A stretch of 64,000 bases of DNA, taken from the NCBI GenBank assembly GCA_964188305.1, contig OZ076890.1; one strand, given 5' to 3'. Origin of the DNA: Podarcis bocagei (taxonomy: Eukaryota). Below the pieces are notes generated by a model, which had not been told where the DNA came from, did not search any database, and saw only the letters and a list, made by a program, of their open reading frames with translations. Of the stretch, positions 50,895 to 62,962 are shown one piece after another. How positions within the stretch are numbered: the first letter of the stretch is position 1; each line of letters starts with the position of its first letter. The position numbers and the translations under genes were made by a program.

Positions 50895-51035
50895 TGGGGT
50901 AGGGGTGGGCCAACATCCTCCAGCTGTTCCAACAACTCTATAGCTCCCACCAGCCCCAGCCAGCATGACCAGAGGTCAGGGCTGTTGGGAGTTTTAGTCT
51001 GACAGTATCTGGAGGGCACCATATTTGTACCCCTG
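50895..51035. mobile_element. hAT-like MITE
   Basis: AGGGGTGGGCCAAC...CTCCCACCAGCCCCAGCCAGCATG...GGGAGTTTTAGTC...ATCTGGAGGGCAC...ACCCCTG. Confidence 0.7.
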
Positions 51036-51081
51036 AGAAAATAAAGTGGCACCAATCAAGACTGCCGGATTCTGCGCTGCT

Positions 51082-51139
51082 TTATTGTTTTGCAATTGTT
51101 ATTGTTATTGTTTTGCAATTGTTATTGTTTTGCAATTGT
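51082..51139. repeat. Short minisatellite, unit TTATTGTTTTGCAATTG x3
   Basis: Three copies of a 17-bp unit with one extra TTATTG. Confidence 0.9.
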
Positions 51140-54100
51140 TCTTTTGCAGAATGGTCTGGTAATGTGATGGACATGCCATTTTGCATGGCATACAAAGGCA
51201 GGAGGTAAATTGGGATGGGGTTGAATATAAATGCATGATTTCACTTTTAGGTAGCAGTTTTTCATAGTTGAGAATGAAGAGTGAGTGTAATCCCTTTAAT
51301 ATATAAAACTCAAATTATCTTGTTTCTTTGTGTAAAATACTATAATAAGATAGTTTTACATATATGAGTGCACACACACCCCCAAGTATGGTGCTGTATT
51401 GGTGTCACTGGAGAATATGATATTCCTATGTTGACTGGCCTCCCCTCATCTCTCTCCATCCAAGAACTGATCTGACAGGTTTTGTATGAATCAATGACAG
51501 TGTGAAAACCCTTTTCTTTAATTAGAAAACAGTTTGGCAAAGTTGCAAAATGAAACATTTAAAAATCATGAAGACCCACAGCTGCTGCTTCCCCCTTTCC
51601 CAAATCGTAAGATTAAAAAATGTTGAGTTCTGCTTATTTATCTGGTTTTCGATCCTTCAGGCTACAGCTGGCCCATGTAGATTACAATGTGGCTAAAGTG
51701 GATTTGAAAACTAGGTTAACTTCTTAGTAACATGATTATATTAATACTACTTGACTTGAATCATACGGAAGCATTGTAGAAAACAGTTAAAGTTTATACG
51801 GCCCTGCAAAAAAATTTAAGGTTGCTGGTTACTGTTCATTATTATTGTCATCATCATTATTCAAAGTATAATTTATAGTTACTTGTTCTATGAGAATGTA
51901 AAGAAATCCCAAAGAACAAACTGTTCTAACAAAATATTATGTTAATCATTGCAACAAAGCTGCTCTGAAAGTAAGGAGGTATGTGTTGTGCAGAGTTATA
52001 AATTGAGATTCCTAATACTGAATATGTATGTGTTGCCAATAACTTTGGTCAAGAAGATTTTTAAAGTAATTTTTAAATTTAATCCTAAGTGGCTATGCAA
52101 CTTAGCCTCCAAAAGCTAGACCAAGGCATATAATTCTTTCCACCGTCATGGTAGTTTGTCCAAGGAGCTAGCGGCTCCTTGGCGCTGAGAATATGGATGA
52201 CTGGAGAGAGGAACTGGAATTACCAGATCTACATGGGCCAAACAACATGAGGAACGAACAGAGGCCTGCATGGTTCAAAAATCCTCTTGGGTTCTTACTG
52301 AAAGCAACATGCTACTTAGGTGAAGACCAAGCTGATCTCAGGCCTCATTCAGACATGGTGCTCCTTCTTCAACAAACACTGGTTTGTTGAAGCCCTAGTG
52401 AATAATGACCACCCCTGCCTCTTATGGACCCAGTCTGAAAAGAGGCTACTTGGTTAGTTTAAAACTCGTTTACAGCTGTGATTTCTAGTTATGGCTTGAA
52501 GGCAGTGCTTAAGCTATAATTTCCTGGTTCAGATGTTATGGGAAACTTGCAGTTTAACAAATAAGGAGGTTTTCTCTCAATCTGGGTGCATGAGAGGAAG
52601 ACAGGTAGTCTGAGACCAGTTTAATGTTGTTGCTTCAACAGACTGTGGAGGAGAAAGCAGTTGAAATTATCACTTTTCCATGCTATAACTAGCCTGAGTT
52701 TGTTAGAATGACAGTGTTACAGGCCTGACTTGACTGCCTACATACCAAAATAGGAAGGTTGCGGTTTCCCTGGCCAGTGTCTGTGTCTCCTTCAGACCTT
52801 TGGTTCTGAAAGTGTGCTTATAATTCTTTGTGGCATTGACTAAATGAGCCGTTGAAATGATTTTGTGACCAATGGACATTGGTATTTGAAAAGAGAACAG
52901 TCAACTTTGGCCCTCTTTAGTACACTTTAACATTGTTAAGGAGTGAGCGCTGCACCCATGGAAACTTTTGTGTCTTGGAATTGAAAGCTGTACTTTTATT
53001 ATGCATCTTTTATGGGAGTTTCAGACAGAAAGGTGGAAGCACAAAGGAAAACTATCAAACTACTCACTTTTCAACAGATCTTTAAATTAGATTCCAAGAT
53101 TTAGAATGTAAGCTGTGCTATAAATGCTACATGTGCCGTAAGACTGTTAATTTTCTTGTGAGAACTTATTAGAGTCAAGAGTCATTACATCATTCTGTTT
53201 TGAAAACCTCAAAGTGCCTAATTCAAGAAAATTAAAAGATTCCTATGTGGAATTAGAAGATTGCTCATTATTTTTGGTCTAGGCTTCTTCCTTCCCATTT
53301 TTACAGTAATAATTAAAGTTATTATTTCTGAGCTACAAGGAAGTGAAACGGGTACAGTATCCTTATCCCAGGAGCAACTCTTCTTCATGGCTCTAACCAG
53401 CCTGAACCAGGTGCCTTGTAGAAAGTGTTCAAGCCTCTCACTTGTGGGGACTTTAGGAGGGGGGAGAGGAAATGTATTTTTGCTATCCCCCCCCCTCCGC
53501 AGGCCCTTGTTTTGGGGGTGATCCTGTTTCACTTCTCAAAAAACCATGAGATTGCACCATCTTGCCAAAGACACCCAAACCTGTCCATCTTTTTTCTCCC
53601 TGCTTCCCCAGGTTTCCCTTGTTTTGTGTCTCTGTGTGGGTCATTCTGCCCAGTGTGTGCCCTCATTTGTCCTTTTAGAAAAAATTTGGAGGGGGTGCAT
53701 TTGCACAAAAGCAACATTATTCACCAGAGCACATGAGCTCACGTTCTGTATTTTCACATGGCTTTTTTGCCAAGAAAGATACACTAATGCAACAGTGTGG
53801 TAATTTATGTTTTAAAAGGTAGACCGTAAAACTGTGTGAAAAGTGATTGTCCTTTTAATTAATTTTTGTGCCTCTTGAAAGTGAACACATAGCCATTTTG
53901 ATTAGGATTGACATGACTTGGGATATTTCCTTATATCTCCTTGCTCAGCGAGTTCACCTGATTCTTTTGTAAATAGCATAAAATATTTTGGTTTAGACAA
54001 AGCCGTGGTGCTCTGAGACCACTGAAGATTGTTTTAAATGGGCACTGCTTGCAGGACAAACAGTTATCGAAAACACTGAGTACAGAACTGGATGTGATGC

Positions 54101-54846
54101 CAACTCTACCTTCCAGTTCCCGTTTTCTCCCAATGGCAATTAATTCCTGGTGTGTGGGGGAAGATGCAGTCGTGTTCCGTATTGCACACAATTCAGCAGC
54201 AACCAGAAACGTGGAAGTTGGGGAAAGACCCACATGTCCCATGTCCCATGCAGTAGGGCAGAACCGCCCTCCCAATTCTGGCATTGCTGCAGCTCACCTG
54301 GATGGGGTTGGTTCAGGGCAGGGAGGTTGGGGCTACATGAATGCAGTGCTGGAGCATATCTGGCATTCTTGCCAGTGTGTCTGCACAGCCCCGCCCTGCC
54401 CCCAGCCCCTTGCCGGGATGCTTTAGCAACATTGGCGTCGGGAAGGGCAGGTCTGTGGCTCCGTCCGACCCCACAGGCTGTTGCTTATCACAGTGTCATG
54501 CAAGATGTCTGACAAGCCAATTATTATGGGGGCCTGGCTCTAGTGTTTCTCCTTTTGGCTGCCTCTGATGTGATGTCCGTTTCCACCCTGAAACAAGTTT
54601 CTACTCACACTTGAAAGCAGAATTTTGCAGAGAGACTTTTCTCCCCACCCTCCAAGTAATTTTTCAGTTAGCTCTCAAGATGTCTCAATTGCATTAAAAA
54701 TTACTAGTCTACGGGGGTAGCTCATTTGTGGGTGTTCATCCATAAATTATGTTTGGTTATATTGGAGACAGGTTTCCTTTTTGTTTAGAATGTTTTCTAA
54801 ATGCTGCATAGAGCTACTTGTTCCTGGCTTCTTAGCTACTTACAGC

Positions 54847-55268
54847 TAGGGGTGGAAGGCTCTGTCCATTTCAGTTCTCTTAGTTTCTCATTTTTCCAGT
54901 GAATTCTGTTCACATTTTTGCAGCAATTGATTAATTTGTGGGATTAAAAAAAAAAACCTTATGAAAATTATTCAGCATACAGTTTTGTATGCAGTTTTGA
55001 CTTATGTGCACATTTTCGCAAGCAATTTCTCCCAACACAATGCATTTTTGTACATTAATTTAATGAATGAATTATTATTTTTTATGCACGCTTTCCCCCT
55101 AGTGTATGCACTTTTCATGCATATGGAGAACTGCATGGCAAAATTGGGATTAGTGGAAATTTCAAAGGGTTCCTATGTTTCATTCAGTTCTCATATTATT
55201 TTGGAAAATGCGAACTTGATAGATTTGCTTTTAAATGTGAACTGTACCATATTTATCCCCCATCCCTA
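54847..55268. mobile_element. AT-rich non-autonomous DNA element with TAGGG-type termini (hAT-like)
   Basis: Ends TAGGGGTGG / CCATCCCTA; flanks CTTACAGC / ACTATAGC (degenerate TSD); related fragments near 5899 and 47300-47500. Confidence 0.6.
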
Positions 55269-57069
55269 ACTATAGCGCAAGGAAACAGTCTTAAAAGCAG
55301 AAGTAAAAAATAAAACCATGTAATCTGAATCAACAAGTCATGAATCAAATACTGTAATGTATAAATCGTAATAAATCCGTAGAAAATGATAGAAAAACCA
55401 TCCGATACAAAAAGTTTGAAATGGCTGGCAAATGGATGCAGCTAATAGAAGGTCAGGTGAGGTTAGCAGTTTCTGGAGTTAGTTATCCTTGTGAGTTTTC
55501 ATTGCAAGAAGTTAGGATGGAACAGAACTTTATTTGACCGGGATTTCCAGTCAGCAGGACACATTATTGGGCGGGTTGTAGTGAGGCTTCCTTGTTTGGC
55601 TGGCCTTTTTTCAGATAGATGACTGGAATGACATACTGCAAAGTGACAGCTTGAGGACATGCAGACAAGAAGCTCCCTGGAGTGCAGCTGCTCCACTGGA
55701 CATTGCTAAGGTAAAACCTGGAATCTGCTCACATGCCACTGGCTCTTCGGGTTGCAGTGGAGAGGAATTAACACTTGGATGCCGCCAATTCAGCTCCTAA
55801 AGGGCTCTGTGGCATGGCATTTCGCATTGCTAGCTTCGAGAAAACCACCTTTCTTTTCCACACCACCTTTGGCTTCCTTGCCCCCACACTCTGAGCAAAT
55901 CCAGAGATTAAAACCAGTTTGAAACCTTTTGAAATGTTTTCCCCAGAAGCATAGAACTGTACGGATGCTGCTGTACACACTGCAGAGATCCTGGTCATTG
56001 AAAAGGTTGTTACCAAATGAAGAGCGCAGGTCATAATCTTGCCTCTTCTGCTGTCAAGGGTTCAGTGAGTAGGAAGCAGAAGACTTACCTGTTTATTTGC
56101 TTCCTTTATAGTGTTTGTATTGCCCCATAAGCAAGAGTTACCTGGGTTTTCCCATGTGTGTTCCCACAACTGTCGCTCCTATGACGGGAGGTGTATCCTG
56201 CTGCAACTCCTCTGCTTGTAATCGGTGTCCTTGCCTGGCTGGGGCTGGAGGATGTTGGAACACAGCAACACATAGAGGACTCCAGTTTGGCTATCCCTTG
56301 TGGACATGAAGGCTTGGGAGAAATGGCATGTCATTTTAGTAGACTGTAGTAGAGTTATATTATGAAGGTTCTGAGCCCTCTAGTGGAGATTTCTGCATTC
56401 CACTCAGGGAGCTTGCTGATTTCAGTCATAGCCCCAGCGCATCCATAATAACAGGGCTTTGCTTCATTGTGGACCCCAGTTTGTCCATCTGGTTTATTCC
56501 GATGGGTTTTTGTCTTTGTTTTTAAGCTTTCTTTAGCATTACCAAAGCAAGAGCTACTAATAGATACAACAGACACACAGATTCAGCGTAACTTTAGATC
56601 ACGGTAAACAAAGGAAATAGTCTGATAATAACAGTGCTGTTCACATGTCACAGTAAGTTGCATTTGCCTTAGTCAAATTTGCTGGCTATAGGTGCAGCCT
56701 CCCTGTATTCTCACATGTGTGAAGGCACATAGTCCCCTCAGCTCATCCGTGCATTGCCCCCCTCCCAGATGATCAATCTGATGATGAGGGTTGAGGGTGA
56801 AAACACAATTTGCATCCTGATCAAAGTGCTAGGCTGGAAAAGAGGTTTAAGTTTCTTCTGCCTACTCCAGTCTACTCAGTTAGAGGTTTGTTTTTGCCAA
56901 GGTTAGCTTTTCAACAAATCAAAATGTGATTTTTGGCTTGGATGGAACACTTAAGCCAGAGACGATGGTTTGTTACTTTTATCTGCAAGGGGAGAAGTAA
57001 AGCAGAAACCCATCAACATGTTCTGTAAACCATTAACTATGAGTTTCTTGGGTTGAGGGTTTTTTGTTT

Positions 57070-57200
57070 TGTTTTGTTTTTTACATTTCTAATCCACCTT
57101 TCTTCTATCATAGAACTGAAGAGGAAGTGTGAATGTTGGTCACCCATCCAGGCACTAGCCACACATGCTAAACTTCAGTGGTCGCCTTCAGACTACACCT
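57070..57200 (-). mobile_element. 5S-derived SINE fragment
   Basis: GGTCACCCATCCAGGCACTAGCCA is the reverse of the 5S box C region; tail resembles 28020-28070. Confidence 0.5.
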
Positions 57201-57815
57201 TGGGTTTACTGTGATATTCAAAGGGAAACCCTGTTAATATAAATCACCCAGTCATTGCACTTTCACGAATTCACATATAAAAGGCTTAGCCGTAGAGCTA
57301 GACCCTAACACCTTTGGAACCATTTTCACTGGGGCCAATGAAATGTTCTAGAAAGATTTGTTGCTCTCAGAGGAATCATAAGCCATTGTAGATTTAACTC
57401 TTCTATAATACTTTCCAAGCAGCTGAACAGCACATTTAGCAGGTGAAGGCACTTCCCCCTTCTTCTAGATATGACATAACTGTGACAACTTTCCAGAATA
57501 ACAATCAGTGCAGAGCTGGGTAGCTTGCCTTTTATATGGGTTTTCATTATGGAAAGGCATCATAGATATTTTGGAACAGAATTTTTAGAATGCACCTTTG
57601 CCCTGGGGTTTGACATTTCTGTATCCTGTTGTGCTCTTATACGCACTGTAAATATCTGAAAATGAGGAAGAAAAGCTGCCGAGTTAAGCAAGTTGATTTG
57701 CTTATTCAACTGTAGGAGCTTATATATTTTATCTCTTTTAATTGACTGGCCCAATTATGTACACTCAGTAGAGCTACCTTGTTGCAAATGTACCAAGAGT
57801 CAGCCCCTAAACTAA

Positions 57816-58024
57816 GGCTGTGTATACATTTCATTTTCAAATGCAGCTAGTTCGATATTTTCCTCTGTTTGGATCGGTGTAGGGAAAAGTGCCTCAAAAT
57901 GCAGTATTTCTTAAGAAGCAATAGGATTAATATAGATTAAGGCAAAAGTTCTGTGTACACTGCTTCCCAAACCAGCAGTGGGAACAACACTGGATGCAGA
58001 GTAAATGGGAGTGTGTGCACAGCC
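57816..58024. mobile_element. PIF/Harbinger-like MITE
   Basis: TIRs GGCTGTGTATACA / TGTGCACAGCC flanked by TAA and TTA. Confidence 0.55.
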
Positions 58025-58791
58025 TTATATCAGCTCAGCTTGAACTTGCTCCATAAAATTAGGCTGATTTACTTGTCTGACCATGGTTGCAAACAGGTTA
58101 GCTGACCAGCAGACTCCTATACATTACCTCTAGAGCTAGAGAAAATTAGCCAGTTTCTAATATTAGGCAGTTTCTAAATATTATTTGTGGTTGACAAGGG
58201 AGAAGAAAGGCATAGAAACTGCCATATGTGAAAAGAAATATTTCAAACTGCATGTTCTTTGGATTTCTTTGGATATATATATAATATTATACATTGCATG
58301 CCACGTTTCTCCTCCCAATCTTTAAAATAGCCCTGGTGACAAATTACATTGGAGCCCTGAAATCGACTTCTCACCAAATGGACAATCATTATTCATTCTC
58401 ACCCTATAAATGCTGTCAAGGCATTGTCAACAAATACCTCCTTATCAACACCTTCTAAATTCCACACAAGTACATTCTTTCAGCTCCACTCCTGGTTCAG
58501 GGATGGACTTCTGTGCAAGTTTGAAAACTGCGGGAACAGAGAGAGGAAATAACTTTCTTTCCCTACATTTCTTTCTAATATTGCCCTTTGAAAATTCAAG
58601 TGCCTTTTCTGACAAATCCCTCCCTTGTGCATTAATATGTTTAAACATGCCTGTGGTTATAATATTCATTTATTTTCTGAAACACATTTCTTTCCAGTTA
58701 CTAAGAATAAAAGTGGGTCAGTTTCTCTGAGGATGTAAACAGAGTTTGGAATCAATATGTTCTCAAGGGCCGGCCCAACATTGCTTGGGAC

Positions 58792-58975
58792 AACAAAGGA
58801 AGCTGTCTAACACTGAGGTAGATTATTGGTCCACCTAGCTGAGTATTGTCTGCACTGACTGGTAGAAACTCTCCAGGGTTTGAGGCAGGAATCCATCCTA
58901 ACCGTATCTGGAGATGCTAGGGATTAAATCTGGGACTTTCTGCAGGCAGAGTAGATGCTCTAGCACTGAGCTATG
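58792..58975 (-). mobile_element. tRNA(Ala-like)-derived SINE with CR1-like tail
   Basis: Minus strand CATAGCTCAGTGCTAGAGCATCTACTCTGCCTGCAGAAAGTCCCAGATTTAATCCC...CAATACTCAGCTAGGTGGACCAAT...CAGCTTCCT. Confidence 0.75.
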
Positions 58976-59084
58976 AAGCTGCCGCAGAAGCAAAAACTGG
59001 CTGGATTAGGTCGAGTGAGTGATGCCTTTAGAAATCCACAAGTAGGATATGACGGCAATGGCACACCCTTGCTATTTGCACCCC

Positions 59085-59300
59085 TTTTAACAGCTTTCTC
59101 CTGAACATGGAGGTTCCTTTTTTCCTTTCATGGCTCATAGCCATTGATAGATTTGCGCTCCCATGAATTTGTCTAATCCTCTTTGAAATCCATCGAAGCC
59201 TGAAGCAATGACCACATCTTCTGGCAGTAGATTCTTTAAGTTGCCTTGCATGAAGAAATGCTTTCTTGTGTTTATAAATGCTTTCTTGTCCTGTTTATAA
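59085..59300 (-). mobile_element. CR1 LINE fragment (end of ORF2 / 3' UTR)
   Basis: CATGGCTCATAGCCATTGATAG...CCATGAATTTGTCTAATCCTCTTT...GAAGAAATGCTTTCTTGT is the reverse of the CR1 'F.RGLDKFM' region; small tandem duplication at 59256-59300. Confidence 0.75.
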
Positions 59301-59430
59301 GACCACAGAGTGTCTTCTTGTCTCTCCCCAGCTCAAGTCATCAAATGAGTTCAGTCCCACTGTGAAGGACAACTGCCCATTCACAGATGTCCCCATAGTT
59401 AAGCTCCTTTCCCTTTCACACTGTGTGCTA

Positions 59431-59659
59431 CAGTGGTACCTCGGGTTACATACGCTTCAGGTTACATACGACTCCGCTAACCCAGAAATAGTGCTTCAGG
59501 TTAAGAACTTTGCTTCAGGATGAGAACAGAAATCATGCTCTGGCGGTGTGGTGGCAGCAGGAGGCCCCATTAGCTAAAGTGGTGCTTCAGGTTAAGAACA
59601 GTTTCAGGTTAAGTACGGACCTCCGGAATGAATTAAGTACTTAACCTGAGGTACCACTG
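59431..59659. mobile_element. Tc1/mariner-pogo (Tigger-like) MITE, opposite orientation to the 35460 and 46852 copies
   Basis: CAGTGGTACCTCGGGTT ... AACCTGAGGTACCACTG with TA TSD. Confidence 0.92.
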
Positions 59660-62340
59660 TATAAGCAAAGGTGGTGGGTGCAGTGCTCTAGGTATCTTCA
59701 GATAGACTAATGTGTTAGTGCTTCTGTGCCATGTCTTCTGTGCCCCAGTTATGGGGGTGATATCCGATTGTGGTGTACCACTTGCATGGCAGACTTCTGC
59801 TTGCACATATTATTATTTTATTGTATGCATTTATTGCATTTATGAAGCAACTTCCCGTGAGGTATCCTGAAGTAAGTTACAACATGATAGCATACATAAA
59901 AGAGGTACTTATATAAACACACACATTTGTTGGCATTCCATTTAGGGGGGAGGGTTAAAAACAACAACAGCATATACAGTCAATCATTTCAAATTCAATT
60001 CATACTCCAACTGGATATCTGTAAATGAAACTTACCCTTCCTCCCCGGCCCCCATTCCTGCAGTCCCTGCACCTCCACCTGTCTGCATTTGATTTTTATT
60101 TAATTCAGCATGAGTATTAATCTAGATGATTAATCTAATCTCACCTGAAAGGAATTGTGCTGTTGTTAAGATCCATCAAGGTGGGGCTTTTAAAAACAGC
60201 ACTTCATCCTTGCAACTGATTTATAAAATGTCATTAAAGAACTGAAGCTGAGAGAGAATGCATTGCCTGTGGTCACCCACTACCAGATCTCTCTCTAGCC
60301 ATTGGACTTGCCACCATCCACATTCTTCATTAAATATGTCTCCTTATCTCTTGTAGCCAGGAAATAAAATAAAATGAGGCAAAGAGGGAAAACATTAGTA
60401 GGAAGTGTGAACCAGCTCTTTAACATATATATGATTAATGCAATTAGTTTTCACACACACACACACACTTTGCCAACTGGAATTAATTGGTTTCTTGGGG
60501 ATATCTAGAAATCCCTGTTTTGTATTTCAGATGTGCAAGGCAAGAGGTTGTATTTATGGGAAGAATACCTCATAAACATGCTGATATTATTACATGGTAA
60601 AGTTTGAACTGTGTGCACTACTTTTTAACATCATGTTCACTGCGGAAACATGTTCCATGGAGCAAAGCTCAGTTGCAGCTGCATGCCACATGTTGCTGTT
60701 GTATACATGAAAGTCGATGCGTCTGTCCTTCAAATGCTACAGTTTAAGCAGGTTATCAGCATGTGCCCATTGAAATCAGCATATATGAAATGCTCCTACC
60801 TGTTGATGTAGCTCTGTTTTGAAAGAGATGCTAATACTTTCATTTGTATCTTCCTGCATACTAATTTTGCTTCCAATAAAGCACTTTCATCTGGAAATAT
60901 ATCCCTTGACAGATGGTAGATTCTGTTTGTTACTAGCAGGGGTAATATGACTCAACTGTTTTTGCATGCATTTCTCTTAATGCAAATAAGAAAGTCCTAG
61001 TTTTCTGTGTGAGGCATTGATGGGAGGGGGCATCTCAAAATGTTTGGCTGTGTTCTTTTGAAATTAGAATAGCCATGAAATTATAGAATTGTACGGAATC
61101 TTGAGGACCATCTAGTCCAGCCTTCCACAGCTTTGGGTCCTCAGGTATTGCTGTGTGACCAGTGACCAAGGATGATGGGGCTTCTTGTTCAACTTGATAT
61201 GGGACCCTAGAGCTGGAGAAGGCTGATCTCGTGAAGCTGTTTGCTCATTACAGGATCAACAATGCAGGTTAAAACTGCAGCACTCCTGACGTATGGCTAT
61301 CTAGCTTCTTGGTTAAGTATCTCCATTGAAGGAGAGCCCCGCATCTGGACTGGCTCACTTACCAGGACCATGTCAGAGAGGGATTTGCAACAAATTTGCT
61401 CCTCGGCCCTTTATGATCATGCTGAGCTAATCCAGCTACGTAATGGTTTGAGTCATTCCCCGCTAAAGAGACCTTGAACGTGGTGACTGTGTCAGCTTCT
61501 TAGGGGAGGGACAAGAACATTATGAGAAGCTGCAGTTTCTAGCTCAATTGGTTGTGTGTGGGGTCCACTACATTGCACTTGTATCTTTGCTTAGAGCAGA
61601 TGATGGCGGTTTTTCCCCTGCTTCAAGAGGAAGCTGGGGAAATAGGCATGAATTGACATTCGTGCTTATAGCATCTTCTGTGCTGTAGTTGTTAAAAAGT
61701 AGATGCACCATCCAGTTCTGGATCTGGTAATCTTACCTGCGGGTGCACTGACCACCAATGCCATGTGGCAGACAGAGTGGCAGACTTAGCCCACATCTCA
61801 TTTTATTATTATTACTTTACTCAGCAGAGCAATACGTCCTGTGTTAAGAGTTCATAAAAATATGTGGCTAGCTCTAAGCATTAAAAAACACAAACAAACC
61901 GTGGGGTAGGAAGTTTCCTTTGTATAAAATTTATATTAGTCTCCATTTTTTTGTCCCGTCCCCCCCGTCCCCTTCAATCTCCTTCCTCTCCTGAAACAAA
62001 TCCTTGTGATTTAATACATTTTATGCTTCCTCTCCCAGATGCATTTCTCAGTAACTTATTCCACATGTTTATTGGTAAGATACTTTATCTCGGGAACTTC
62101 TCTGCTTAGGCTTCTAGCAAAGCAGTAGGGAAGGAGGAGCTGTGTTCTGATGAATGCAGTGATTTCAAATGCCTCCTGTTTGAACAAGGCAAGAACTGGA
62201 TAGGTAATGAATTCCCCCACCCATCCCAAAAATATGCTAAGCTGTGCATTTTCTTTTTAAAAAAATAATAATAAATAAACTAAAGCGTATTTCATTTTCT
62301 GACAAAAGGTAAAGAATTAAGCACCAAATGGTCAGGGGGC

Positions 62341-62962
62341 TGTCAGGGGAACAGGTTCATCAACAGGTCAGAAGGGAGACTCAGAGACTTGAAGTAAAGT
62401 CAGCTGTTTTATTCAGGAAATTAGTATACAACAGAGATCACTCAGGCACTACTGCCTCTGTGAAAGCATTGCCGAGACTGGCTCTGGGCACCTCCTCTTC
62501 CTCCTAACTCTCCTCTTCCGGATGTCTTCCAAACAGATGCAAACGCAAGTGGGGAGAGGGGCCACCCCCCCTTGGGTTTTTCTAGCTTTGTGTTCAGCTA
62601 TGTGTAAAGCTCTGCACAATCTTGGAGTCAAAGGGGGAGGGGAGCTCCATGCAGAGGGTCCGGGTAGCTGCTGTGAAGCTGTTGCAGTGTCTGGCCCCTC
62701 CCTGTCCTCTCCTTCAGATCCTGAGCTCAGAGTGTGTTCCTCTGCATCCAGTCCTGTCCTTGGAGGGCTCTCTGCCTCTGACTCTTCTTGCTCACTTAAG
62801 CCTCCTGGGTCTTCCACCTCCCAGCTTCCTCCCTCCTCTCTTCCATCTTCTGTGTTTCACCCCGACTCCCCTGGGTCTGAGCCTTCTTTCCCTGTTGCTT
62901 CCCTCGGGGGTTCCTCGGCTGGAGACTTCCTCCACTTTTCGTTATCCAGGCAGTCCCTGACA
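62341..62962 (-). mobile_element. LTR-like element (622 bp), probable solo LTR
   Basis: Perfect 8-bp inverted termini TGTCAGGG / CCCTGACA; AATAAA on minus at 62408-62413; GC-rich with strong purine/pyrimidine strand bias; no TSD visible. Confidence 0.65.

Noticed and set aside
51082-51139. Short regularly repeated unit, considered as CRISPR-like
   Set aside because: Contiguous tandem repeat without unique spacers, in vertebrate DNA.
53931-54426. Overlapping ORFs with a CKQCPFK zinc-finger-like word
   Set aside because: No correctly spaced histidines and no convincing exon boundaries.
56081-56095. Consensus splice donor on minus (CAG|GTAAGT)
   Set aside because: No credible upstream acceptor or coding frame.
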